NCBI RefSeq assembly: GCF_006345805.1
Contig: NC_042998.1
Location: 68,634,001-68,698,000 of the forward strand
Direction: 5' to 3'
DNA length: 64,000 bases
Source: Octopus sinensis
Lineage: Eukaryota
Shown: piece by piece, positions 13,935-24,531 of the stretch
Layout: every line of letters begins with the position of its first letter
Position numbering within the stretch: position 1 is the stretch's first letter
Translations under genes and position numbers: made by a program
Notes under the pieces: generated by a model
Seen by the model: the letters and a program-made list of their open reading frames with translations, nothing else
Databases searched by the model: none
What the model was told of the DNA's origin: nothing

Positions 13935-14113
13935 GTAGTTGAAATTTACAAAAACAAAGACGAAGACGGGTGTGTAAACAACAAACAGATATATTAGTTT
14001 AACGCTCGGGAAGTGAGAAAGTCTTTTACGTTTCGAGCCTACGCTCTTCAACAGAAAGGAACACAGAAATAAGCAGGGAGAGAAAATAAAAAAGGTTTAG
14101 TGGCTAGCGATCA
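13935..14113 (-). repeat. Family E short repeat carrying a hammerhead-like motif (probable PLE pseudo-LTR derivative)
   Basis: Further copies at ~59022-59198 and partial copies at ~6024-6105 and ~35150-35215, all abutting (TA)n or (TATG)n tracts. Confidence 0.6.
14023..14058 (-). ncRNA. Minimal type I hammerhead-like motif (CUGUUGA core variant)
   Basis: Minus strand: CTTT-CTGTTGA-A-GAGC-GTAG-GCTC-GAAA-CG-TA-AAAG. Stems I and II pair perfectly; stem III is the ACGT palindrome. Confidence 0.55.
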
Positions 14114-14514
14114 ATCACATCAATTTCTAGTTTCCACATTGCTGCCAGCTGCCAGGAATGTATTTAATATGTAAATTGGTCTATCCAATAGTGTTAAAAG
14201 CTAAATTTAGTGAGTATTTAGGCAAAATGTTCGTAGATAGTTGATGGGCTGGGTGTGGCACTGATGAAAAAGAAATAACTCTTGAAATATTCTTACACAC
14301 TCATTACCTATTTTTTTCTTTCTTCGATCGCATTGCTTACATAAACATATTCGAATATGAAACGTCGTTATTTGCAGTGCAATAGAAAAATCTATAGAGA
14401 TAAAATTTAAAATGAGAACATCGCATTACTAACACAAAAATAAGACAAAATATTGACTTGTGAACTTTTAATGTACTCTGTAGTATATAAATTTACACCT
14501 TGGTAGCAATGAAT

Positions 14515-14555
<41 letters not shown>

Positions 14556-14684
14556 CGCGCGCGCACGCACGCACAAACATGTATGTATGTATGTATGCAT
14601 CTATGGACAGGCAGACAGCCAGAAAAATAGATGGATGGATGCATGGATAGAGGGATGGATTGATGGACGGACGGACGGACAGAT

Positions 14685-14729
<45 letters not shown>

Positions 14730-15690
14730 CTAAACGTCTACATAATCATTGATATATGAAGATGGTTGCACATCTGACCACTTGAATCCCTCAAATAAAT
14801 ATCGTTAGAAATCTAAGATATACCTATTAACATATATACATTCACACTCACACGCACACACATACACACATATGCCTGCGTGTTATGTATACATATGTAT
14901 GCGTCAATGTGTGCGTGATGCATTCATGGAACTGATAAAAATCCTATGTAGCTTCTTCACTTGTGTTGCTGTAAATATTGTAACAAAAGTAGGTTTGCTG
15001 TTAATAAAACCCAACAAACTGACAATGGCTTCGTTGCACAACTATTTGGAATCGATGCTTTCGTGTTGAATGCAGCTTAGGTTTATAAATTACAAGAAAA
15101 CAATTTCTAGTTTCCATATTCTACAGTTTATTGATTCTTCACACATTTTTCTTTTCTTTTTTTTTTTTTTTCAGGACGAGGAAATAAATATTAGTCTACG
15201 GGGAAGGAATTGATTCTGCCGAGAAGTACTAAAAGCATAGATGTTTGTTTATTTCAGTCTGTAGCGTGACACACACACACATATATATATACATTGGTAC
15301 ATCGAGTACATGTTTAGTTCGTTCCATGACCGAGTTCGTCTTACGATTGACTTGTTTTACAAATCAATTTTCCTCATTGAAATTAACTAAAATAAATCCG
15401 TTCCAACCCACAAAAAAAAAACAAAACACTCAAAAATAATTTTTTTATGGGTTTTAAAACAGAAAAGGTGTAGTTACAAGTAAAATGACAATTATAAAGA
15501 GAGAAAGCAAAAGAAGTATTTAAACTGGTTTTATTAACTGAATTACCTTAAAGATGGGACGATTTGTGTGCTCGTACTGTGGATTTCTGCTCATACTTCA
15601 AGGCAAAAATTCGCACGAGTCTCAGCTCGTACAGCAAATTACTCGTACATTGGTGCACTCGTTCTGCGAGTTTCTACTGTGTATATATAT

Positions 15691-16620
15691 ATCACAGTGT
15701 CGACCAGACCCTTAGATGCTGTTTTACACCGATGGTCACAATGCGCTTGCAATTTTGTTTTGATTACACCATTATTTTCCATTTTGACCCAAACTGCTTG
15801 TCTAAATCATCTTCCCATTGTTGTGTAGGCCTTCTAAGTTGCATTTTCTTATCTCTTGGATACTACACGGCAACTTCACGGGTCCATCTGTTATCTGTGA
15901 AGCTTGTGACGTGACCGGTTCAGCGGAACTCATTTCGAACATGAATCCGTAATGATATTCCTAGCCATGGATATTTCCATGATCCTTTTCATCGTAGCCA
16001 ATCGATATCCTCTCCTCTTTGTAATAATCCACGTCACACTTGTGTATAAGAGCGCAGGCTAGATGATGCTAATGGAGAATCTGGCACGTATGGTGTTTCC
16101 TAGCATTTTGGTGGTGTGGGGGGGGCACACCGTTAATTGAGTTAAATGTGTTCCAGCTTACCCTTATTTCAGAATTCGTGTGAGGGCGCGTGGCTTAGTG
16201 GTTAGGGCATTCGGCTCATGATCGTAAGGTTGTGAGTTCGATTCCTGGCGACGCGTTGTGTCCTTGAGCAAGACACTTTATTTCACGTTGCTCCAGTCCA
16301 CTCAGCTGGCAAAAATGAGTTGTACTTGTATTTCAAAGGGTCAGCCTTGTCACTCTCTGTGTCACGCTGATTATCCCCGAGAACTACGTTAAGGGTACAC
16401 GTGTCTGTGGAATGCTCAGCCATTTGCACGTTAATTTCACGAGCAAGCTGTTCCGTTGATCGTATCAGCTGGGACCCTCGTCGTCGTAACCGGCGGAGTC
16501 TTTTAATTTCAGAATTCATACCTCGGCGCATATTCACTGTGTGCCCTAAGCAGATGTATTCTTTTACTTTTGCGATTTCATTGCTTGTCACCCTTGCTCG
16601 GCTTTCTGCTGTCTTCCGGC
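15691..16620 (-). mobile_element. RTE-clade LINE 3' fragment, interrupted by a SINE
   Basis: Minus translation IAKVKEYICLGHTVNMRRGMNSEIK / PALLYTSVTW / DNRWTREVAV*YPRDKKMQLRRPTQQWEDDLDKQFGSKW matches the RTE RT C-terminus; ends in (TA)n. Confidence 0.75.
16178..16505 (+). mobile_element. tRNA-derived SINE, family C, with 12-bp TSD
   Basis: TGGCTTAGTGG and GAGTTCGATTCC boxes, GTGTCCTTGAGCAAGACACTT core; ATTTCAGAATTC at 16166-16177 and 16506-16517. Confidence 0.9.
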
Positions 16621-17118
16621 CGCATATATTTTCTTTTCATGGGTATATTTATACGTGTGTGTGCGTACAGCAATCCCTCGACTATCACGAGTGTTACGCT
16701 CCAACCCCCACCGCGCGATAGGTGAAAATCTGCGAAGTAGAAACAGAACTGTACTGTATATTTATTATTATTATTGTTATTATTATTAAGCATTTCGCCC
16801 GGCGTCCGAATGTACATGATTATATTAAATATGATTGAACATAGCTTTATATCTTTATTTTTCATTACAATACCAAGGGAGGTAATTCGTAATGTTATAT
16901 TTCACATAACCATTTTACATAACATGAAGGACGGGAAATATATGTCTTCATTATTTACAGCTGTATCTTCTGCTGGAGCAGGAGTATTTTCTTCTGTATT
17001 TCTTATTGAAAATAACGAGAAATAGTGTCTAGTGTTGTGCTTTAATTTGTTATATTTTTACTATTATCTACCGAAGTTGGTCTGTATCTCTAAACTGTGT
17101 CAGAGGAAGTTTATGCTT

Positions 17119-17156
17119 TTGCTGTTGAGATCACAACAAGGTCGAAACATGTCCAA
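17119..17156 (+). ncRNA. Minimal type I hammerhead-like motif (CUGUUGA core variant)
   Basis: TTG-CTGTTGA-GATC-ACAACAA-GGTC-GAAA-CATG-TC-CAA; ACATGT palindromic stem III; GUC cleavage triplet; stem I is short (3 bp). Confidence 0.45.
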
Positions 17157-17189
17157 TATTACATACTGATATGTTCAGAATAGTGCAGG

Positions 17190-18400
17190 GAACCAAGAGT
17201 CTCCTCCTGGCACCAGAAATTTTTTAAGATGTAGAGTGTAGACGCAAATGAATTTAAAACAGGCAAATTTCCAGTAAATGATTTTGAATAAAGTCACTAA
17301 GTTCCGATTTAAGGCAGGAAAAAAATCAGATCCCGTTTGTTATAGAAAAAGCAGGGAAACATCTCGGGAAAGTGTTCAACTACAGTCTGAAGGACACTGA
17401 TTCCGTCAAGGTGACCAGAGCTAACCCGGAGGACCCGTAGAGGACCGTAGAGAAGTCTGTGTTACCAGGAAGATTCAAGGCTTGAGTCTACCAGCATGGG
17501 ATCGTCCCAAAAATATTCATCTATGAAGTCCCCATGGCAGTAGTGAAGGGCTTAGAGCACATAATGGGGAGCATCTTCTTAAATACTTGAGCAGATTTGG
17601 GCGGTACGGGAACAGCAACAAGTTCAGACCCTGTTTAGTCCTTTCGGAGAGGCTTTCATGATGATACGAATATGAAACCCCCTGTTTAAGAAACATCAAA
17701 AGTGTCTGGTGCAGCGTTTGCAGTGAGAACAGGACGAAAGCAGAAGGCAGCCGAAAGGGTTCATCAGGTAATGGAGCATGTAAAACACAAAGTCCTTCTT
17801 GGAAGCGTGACACAAAGTAGGTCCAGATTAGGGAGTGCAATAACAACCTGATACCACATAGCAGGAAGTTGGTGTCGGAAGAGGAAGAACTAGCAAGGTA
17901 ATCACTGGGGCAATCACCAAGGGGAGGAATGACAGTAAAACTGCTCTCGCTACAACCAGAAAGATAAGAACGTTGAGTGGATATAGAAAAAAACTAAAAA
18001 AATTTCAGACGGTTTAACTGGACGATGGCAGTTGACCTGGAGAAACGGCTCAAATGACCATCACACTTGTTAAGACTAAGTATCATCTTGGCTTCTGAGG
18101 CAACAGGTCTTGAGACGAATCCAGTCCTGCACGAGTTAACCGTGCTCTGAAAGGAGAGGATAGAGGAGGCACAAGAGAGGAAGAGTTAAGTATTAGAAAT
18201 TGACGAAGGACTGCCACAAGAATTGGTAGAAGACCAGAAGTTTACCAGCGAAAGGTTTGCAAATAGTTCCATTTGGAGGGAAGCCATGGGCACTACAGAA
18301 ATTAATAGAAGAGCTATCGAGAACAAGGTAGAGGCTGATATGAAAACATTCAGATGGTTTCGACTGAAAAGAACTAATCGGCGGAGTCAGAAGAATGCCA
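17190..18400 (-). mobile_element. Highly degraded LINE RT remnant (CR1/Jockey-like)
   Basis: Scattered minus-strand peptides in the expected order: VLHAPL (WH..L-like), KQG..LLLFPY.PNLL (QG..LF..IND-like), YFWDDPML (YADD-like). Weak. Confidence 0.35.
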
Positions 18401-18639
18401 CTTGGTCACAGGCATAGCTTTGATCAACTTTGATTGGGTTGCTTGGATCAAGATGTATGTTGTAAGACCCGAAACACTCAGTGACCCCAAAGATACAACA
18501 CAAATGATGCATCCTAATATTCCATCTGTAGATGTATATAGAAAAGTCGTTTATTAATATTGAATTATTCCCTCGCCACTGAATTATTTCCAGTCGGCTT
18601 TTTAATGTTCCTTGTATTGAACATATTAACAATAACTTA

Positions 18640-20215
18640 ACTCAATTTATAAGTAGTTCTTTCTCTAATATATTATTGATAATATTTTCTATATGTATTC
18701 AAATCCTGCTGTTTTGGTTATGGTTTTGTTAACTGCTTCTCGTTTTATCATTCCCAAGGCACCTATTAATATGGAGGTTGTTTCTATTTTCAACCCACGC
18801 ATTCTGGTTATCACTGTTTCTTGATCTTTATATCTATATTGCCCTGTTGTTGCAATCTGGTTCATTTAATCGTTTTATCAAGCTGTCCTTGGTTTCAATA
18901 TCCACGTTAGTTTCATTTTCTCCATTGTTCTCTGGTATAATTATTTTTTGTATTTTCTTGCTGGGTCTTTCGCATCTATCCTACATCCTGTGTATGTATG
19001 TTTGGTGCCCAGTGTATTCATAGATTCTGAGGAATTTGTGGGTGGAGTACCCAGTTCTGCTAAATATTTATATGCTTCTTTCAGTATTGAGCACAGCAAT
19101 TCGCCTTTATCTTGTTCAGCAACTTCTTGTAGGAGAGCAGTTTGCTTTCTTTGTGTTGCTATTTAAATGGTACAAGTTTATAAACAGTCTCATGCACAAA
19201 GCATCTTTGTCCGTTCTATCTAGGAGCCCGCGACAGGTTTTGAGTGATGTAGTCGAAATTTGGTTCACACACGCACACATCATACCACTGCCATCACTAC
19301 CACCACACCACACAATAAGGGTGTAACTTACTGCTGGTACTGCTAAGGTATTAACTGCTTCCGTCTTATTATTTTTATTTTAGCTCTCTAAAATTTTACA
19401 AATCTGTTGAGTATATTCTTTTCAAATTAATCCCTTCATATTCTGACTTATGGAATGACATCGAACAGTTATGGTCGTGTGTGGTGCCACCATGTACTTC
19501 CAGCTTCTGACAAAGCTTCTACTAATAAACTTTCACTATATGATTACGCATCCATTTCTTAAATTCTTATATTCTCCATGGGCTAATTTCGGGTATTCTG
19601 CAACAATGTGTTTTCATTGTTTCATTCCAAATTCCACATCTTGTCGACACCTTCTCCTGAGACACACATTTCCCAAGTTGCTTGTAGCGCGCGATCTTGA
19701 GCCGTTGTAATAAGGCCCTCTGTTTCTTTTTTCAGTCGCCCTTTTTTCAACCAAACCCAGCTTTTTTTCTTCCACATACATCTTCAGTGGCTCTCCAGAA
19801 CTGATCATACAAAAGTTTCTCATCAATCTGTTTTACAAGTTCTCATTGAATTTCTTTCTTGTCTTTTTCTTTTATTCCACACTTGATTATCTGTTCTTTG
19901 TCCACTGCTTTTAGTAACTTATCTGTGCTGTTCTGTAAATAATCTAGTAAGCTGCTTCGTTCCTACTCTTCCACATCATTCAAGTCTCTTCCACCCTGGA
20001 CTCTCTTTAACTACAGCAGGTTAATATCAGATTTCGAATGGCGGGCTTCATACATAGTCAACAGCTTTCTAGTTTTTCTGTCAGGTTTCTGTATTTCGTT
20101 TTTCATCCAATCCGCAATTCCAGTTCCATATCTATTAACCGACACTGGTCTTGAATTTATCGCATCAATAACATTTCTTAAATCCAACCTTGACTGTAAT
20201 ATTGCTTTTACACTG
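18640..20215 (-). mobile_element. Degraded R4/Dong-clade LINE, 5'-truncated
   Basis: VKAILQSRLDLRNVIDAINS..VNRYGTGIADW...DRKTRKLLTMYEARHSKSDI (20011-20215) and YKDQETVITRMRGLKIETTSILIGALGMIK near 18750-18850 are homologous to the 2713-4155 copy. Confidence 0.75.
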
Positions 20216-20343
20216 TTATTATTGTTGTTGTTGTCATTATTATTATCATCATCATAATCACCAACATCATCATTGTTATCTACACATATACACAAATATA
20301 CGTATATATCATTCTCAGATTTATTTCGATATTATAGAATATT

Positions 20344-20560
20344 AGGGCGGCGAACTGGCAGAAACGTTAGCACACCGGGCGAAATGCTTAGCGGTATTTC
20401 GTGTCTTTACGTTCTGAGTTCAAATTCCGCCGAGATCGACTTTGCCTTTCATCCTTTCGGGTCGATAAATTAAGTACCAGTTGCGTATTGGAGTCGATCT
20501 AATCGACTGTCCCCACCCTCCTCAAAAATTTCGGGCCTTGTGACTAGAGTAGAAAAGGAT
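20344..20560 (+). mobile_element. Family B SINE monomer
   Basis: Full tRNA head, Meta-like core and CCTTGTG.CTAGAGTAGAAAAG tail. Confidence 0.85.
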
Positions 20561-20819
20561 AATATTGAATATTAAATATGCATTTCTGTTCGAAGAATTA
20601 GCGAATACTTGTATAAACTGAAATGCCCTACCCGTCTTTAAATTGGTTCTTCAAGTACCGACTTCAAAGCCAATTTTACAAAACATTGCAGTATTTTGTA
20701 TTTCAAATCTACCTGATAAATACAGAACATATTTCTTGTAGCTATAATATTTATATATATATATATATATATTTATTTATTTATTTATTTATTTATTTAT
20801 TTGGTAAAACATTGTGGGA

Positions 20820-20950
20820 AAAAGGATTTTAATCGATTTAATCTCTGAGAATACTTGACTGGCCAGGTATCAATCTTATCGACCTCAGGGTGATGGAAAG
20901 CAAAGTCGACCTTGACGGGATTCGAACCAAGAACGTAACAACCGCAATAA
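20820..20950 (-). mobile_element. Diverged family B SINE fragment
   Basis: Plus strand TCGACCTCAGGGTGATGGAAAGCAAAGTCGACCT...GGATTCGAACC is the reverse complement of B-box plus Meta-like core. Confidence 0.55.
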
Positions 20951-21494
20951 CATTCAAGGGACTTAAGCAACAATAACTTTTTTCTCTTATTTTCTGGGTT
21001 TGGAAGTAGGAGCAGTACCAATGACTTTCGCAGTCCTGCTGAAACCGAAAAAGATCGGTGCCGTTAACGACCGCCGTGAAAATTCTAACATTTGAGAAAT
21101 TTAACATTTAAGAACTGAGAACTGATAACGAACAATTATCCGAAACGTCAGATTTTTCTCCTTGCAGCAATGAAATTTATTGACATCAATAAACTCCCGG
21201 GGATTTTAATTTTCATTGTTACCATCTCAGATGATCATCAGACTCCTAGATTTCAGTATTTCACCCATAGATATTACATTTCCGCCAGCCACCCACTCTC
21301 ATTGTTTACATTTATGATCGTTAACTTTTCTTGCCTAAAAGCCGTCGTTTAATTAAGTATAAATCAATAGTTTCTAATAATCTTAAAGATATTAATCAAA
21401 TGTAACGTTGAATTGATTGTAAATTCTAAAGTGGGCTGTTTTGTCAATCGTTATGGCAACATTGGGATGTGGTTTGTTCGAAAAATTAGAGACC

Positions 21495-21527
<33 letters not shown>

Positions 21528-21810
21528 GGTAGTGATGGTAGTGGTAGCAGTGGTAGGAGGTTCTAATGAGGTGGCAGCAGTGGTAGCGCGATATTGTTGG
21601 GGTTTCATGCCGTTGTTGTTGTTGCTCGTGGTGGTGGTGGTGGCTATGGTGGCGGCGGCGGCAGCGATGTTGTTGCTATTATTGTTGTTGTTGTTGTTAT
21701 TGTTGTTGTTGTTGGTGGTGGTGGTGGTGGTAGTGGTGGTGGTGGTGGTGGTGGTGGTAGTGGTGGTGGTGGTGGTGGTGGTGGTAGCTATGGCGGTGTT
21801 ATTACTTCTG
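21495..21810. repeat. Mixed (GTT)n/(GGT)n/(GCA)n trinucleotide tract
   Basis: Direct inspection. Confidence 0.9.
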
Positions 21811-22614
21811 CTGCAGTTGTTTAGCTTTAGGTCTCGGCCCCAGGATCAAAGACAATTCCAAGCGTGACCGCTCCAACTTGTCTCCGTATGTATGGAACCC
21901 AGGAAGATTTTATCCAATGGATCTTCCTCGAATCATATTCTTCCATTTTACGAAACGGGAGAATATGATTTAAGGGAGATTTGGCTGCTATTAATATTGT
22001 GTACACGCTGCAAAACCCTTTGTATCGTCCTGTTTTTGTCTTTTATGTTGTTGCATGTCTTTTAATGTGTTTGTATGTGAGCCCTTGTGGCTAATAAAAG
22101 AATAAATTATTATTGTTAGTGTTGTTGTTACTGTCGCTCTTACAGATGCTGGTGTTGCTGCGTTGCTGCTGTTGTTGTTATTGTAGTGGTTACTGCAATT
22201 GCAGCTACCTCTCTTGCTTCTATTTATCTACAAGCCAACTCTGATCAACTGCTTTCATGTATTAAAGCCATTCCAGCCGTGACTATGGAGCGCTAATCGT
22301 GTATTCGAACAGGTCTTCACCCGTCCGCCAAAACTTGCAAAGTTTGATCCATACAGACAAGTCTCTTTCCTTTCTCCGCAACGCATTCGCATATCACAAA
22401 TCTAACTTTATATATATATATGGGTTTGTGACGTATTGTACATATTGACGTATTGTACGTATTGTACATATCTACGTTCCTGTTCCCACCCTTCCTTTCC
22501 ACTATACTTTAACCCGGGGGTTCTCAACCGGGGTCCCCATGACCCCTAAGGGTCCGCATGTGATTTTGTTGCTAAAATTTGTGCGCAGAAAATTGCTTTA
22601 TTTTTTCATTGTTT

Positions 22615-22846
22615 TTATACTTTTGCTCTTTACTTGTTTTAGTAGTTTGACTGCGGCCATACTGGAGCACCGCCCTTAGTCGAACAAATCGACCCCCAGG
22701 AATTGTACTTTGTAAGCCTAGAACTTATTCTCTCGGTCTCTTTTGCCAAACCGCTAGCGTGAGGAGGACATGAACACACCAACATCGGTTGTCAGGCGAT
22801 GGTGGGGGGACAAGCACAGACACAAATACACACACACACACACACT

Positions 22847-22930
<84 letters not shown>
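22615..22930 (-). mobile_element. Family A SINE, 3' half only (broken at the internal microsatellite)
   Basis: Plus strand GCGGCCATACTGGAGCACCGCCC...ACATCGGTTGTCAGGCGATGG, then (CA)n(TA)n; no tRNA head beyond it. Confidence 0.75.
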
Positions 22931-22939
<9 letters not shown>

Positions 22940-23353
22940 ATAACACAAAAATGGCTGAGATTCCCTGCTTTAACTTGTTGCCTTATTTGGAATTCTTCCT
23001 ATTTGACGATCTGACCCTTCCCTTTCGTTTACCCCGATTTGCTTCCTTCTCATCTGCTCCTTTAACACTTTGCTATGTCATATCGACTTCCCACCAAAAG
23101 CCATCCTCGATTTCATATTTTTCCTCACTTCCCTCTGCCACACAAATATTACACACATGCACACATACACTCACACACACGTATGTATGTATGTATGCAT
23201 GTATGTATGTATGTATGTATGTATGTATGTATGTATGTTGTATGTATGTATGTGTAATATATATAATGTGTGTGTCTGTGTAATATTAATATATATATAA
23301 TAGTGTGTGTATGTATGTATGTAGTAGTATGTATGTTATGTATGTATGTATAC

Positions 23354-23787
23354 TTACTAACAAAGGCAAAATTTGACCTCAGCAACAAGACCAAACATTC
23401 ACGGTATCTAAATGCAATGATAGCCGATGTGGCACATGCCAATTCATACATACCGGTCAATATATAAACACAAAAACCGGGAAAATATTCACAACGCGAA
23501 ATGAACTGCAAAAGCAGAAATTTAATTTACTGCATCAAATGCCCAAATTGTGAAGAAATATATGTAGGTCAGACGGGAAACGCACTATTAGAACGCTCAC
23601 GTGTACACCGGCAACAGATTAGAGACCCAGAGGTCCGTCAGATACCTTTGAGTAACCACCTAGCAACATGTGGTCGGAAAATATATATATTTCCATTCTA
23701 CAAATTACACAGCCCAGTGAAATCGAGAGGAAAATCAGAGAAAAGAATTTTATTGATAAATTCGAACCCAAGCTAAATAAGCAATAA
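23354..23787 (+). pseudogene. 5'-truncated PLE GIY-YIG endonuclease coding segment (upstream pseudo-LTR)
   Basis: Homologous to 27613-28050 and to the end of ORF 31732-32316; includes ORF 23501-23776. Confidence 0.85.
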
Positions 23788-24107
23788 TATAATAATAATA
23801 ATACTTAGAGGTATTACTTCCACTGCTACGACCATGACCACTAACAACAACAACAATACTAAAGGTGATCAAGACGAATAGCATAGAAAATTATCTTATT
23901 TAGGGTTAAAAGTTCTATTGCCATAACCATCACCACTAGCAACAATAATTAAGTGCTGACAATGATGATGATGACAATTGAAATATAAATATAAAAATCT
24001 CTGACAAAGGATATTTACAACATTTCTAAAAATAACCCAACAATTGCTGCTTCGGCCAGGGTCAAGATACAGGACTCTTGACATGTCCACAAAGCGTGAC
24101 GCCTAAA

Positions 24108-24250
24108 CCAATCAGCTCAACCAACCAATCAGCTTAAGTAATTGAGTGATACTACACACTGATTGGTCAGAATACAGTTTGCAAAACCTAGCACTCTGGA
24201 GCCTACCCAGCTGTATTTATAGCACAGAATCAATCATCTTGCTACAGTCA
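24108..24250 (+). promoter_or_regulatory. Putative Pol II promoter in PLE pseudo-LTR (repeated at ~28370-28510 and ~32638-32780)
   Basis: CCAATCAG at 24108 and 24125, inverted CTGATTGG at 24159, TATTTATA at 24214, and ACAGTC initiator-like site ~30 nt downstream, all upstream of the ORF1 ATG. Confidence 0.5.
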
Positions 24251-24284
24251 AAAATTGTGAAGCATGACTGTCAACACTACTACA

Positions 24285-24329
24285 TGAACCCGAAGATTGC
24301 AGAATTCAATGCATGAAAGTACTAGTTCA
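24285..24329 (+). ncRNA. Hammerhead-like motif in PLE pseudo-LTR (identical copies at 28548-28592 and 32815-32859)
   Basis: TGAAC-CCGAAGA-T-TGCA-GAATTCAA-TGCA-T-GAAA-GTAC-TA-GTTCA: 5-bp stem I, 4-bp stem II, AGTACT palindromic stem III; the core has U4C. Confidence 0.6.
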
Positions 24330-24531
24330 ATCAGAATGAATATTTAACATTCTACTATTTCATTTTATTTTATTCAATTATAATATATTATCTTATAATA
24401 TATCATTATAAGATTGTAAAAAACGTGAAAATCAGACAAGGTTGGAATTCTTTTTATTAATATATTCTTCTATACACAATCACACACACCCATATATATA
24501 TATTCTATATTCCTATTGTGTATATGCCAAC

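Noticed and set aside
21122-21155. CTGATAA...CCGAAACGTCAG hammerhead-like string
   Set aside because: G8A core change, weak stem II and no stem I; too degenerate to call.
21496-21867. Poly-V/poly-G and signal-peptide-like ORFs (also 44952-45442, 47415-48005, 51095-51550)
   Set aside because: Products of trinucleotide or CT-rich simple repeats.
22527-22600. hAT-like terminus (GGGGGTTCTCAACC; a similar CAGTGCTTCCC at ~48395)
   Set aside because: No matching second TIR or 8-bp TSD found.
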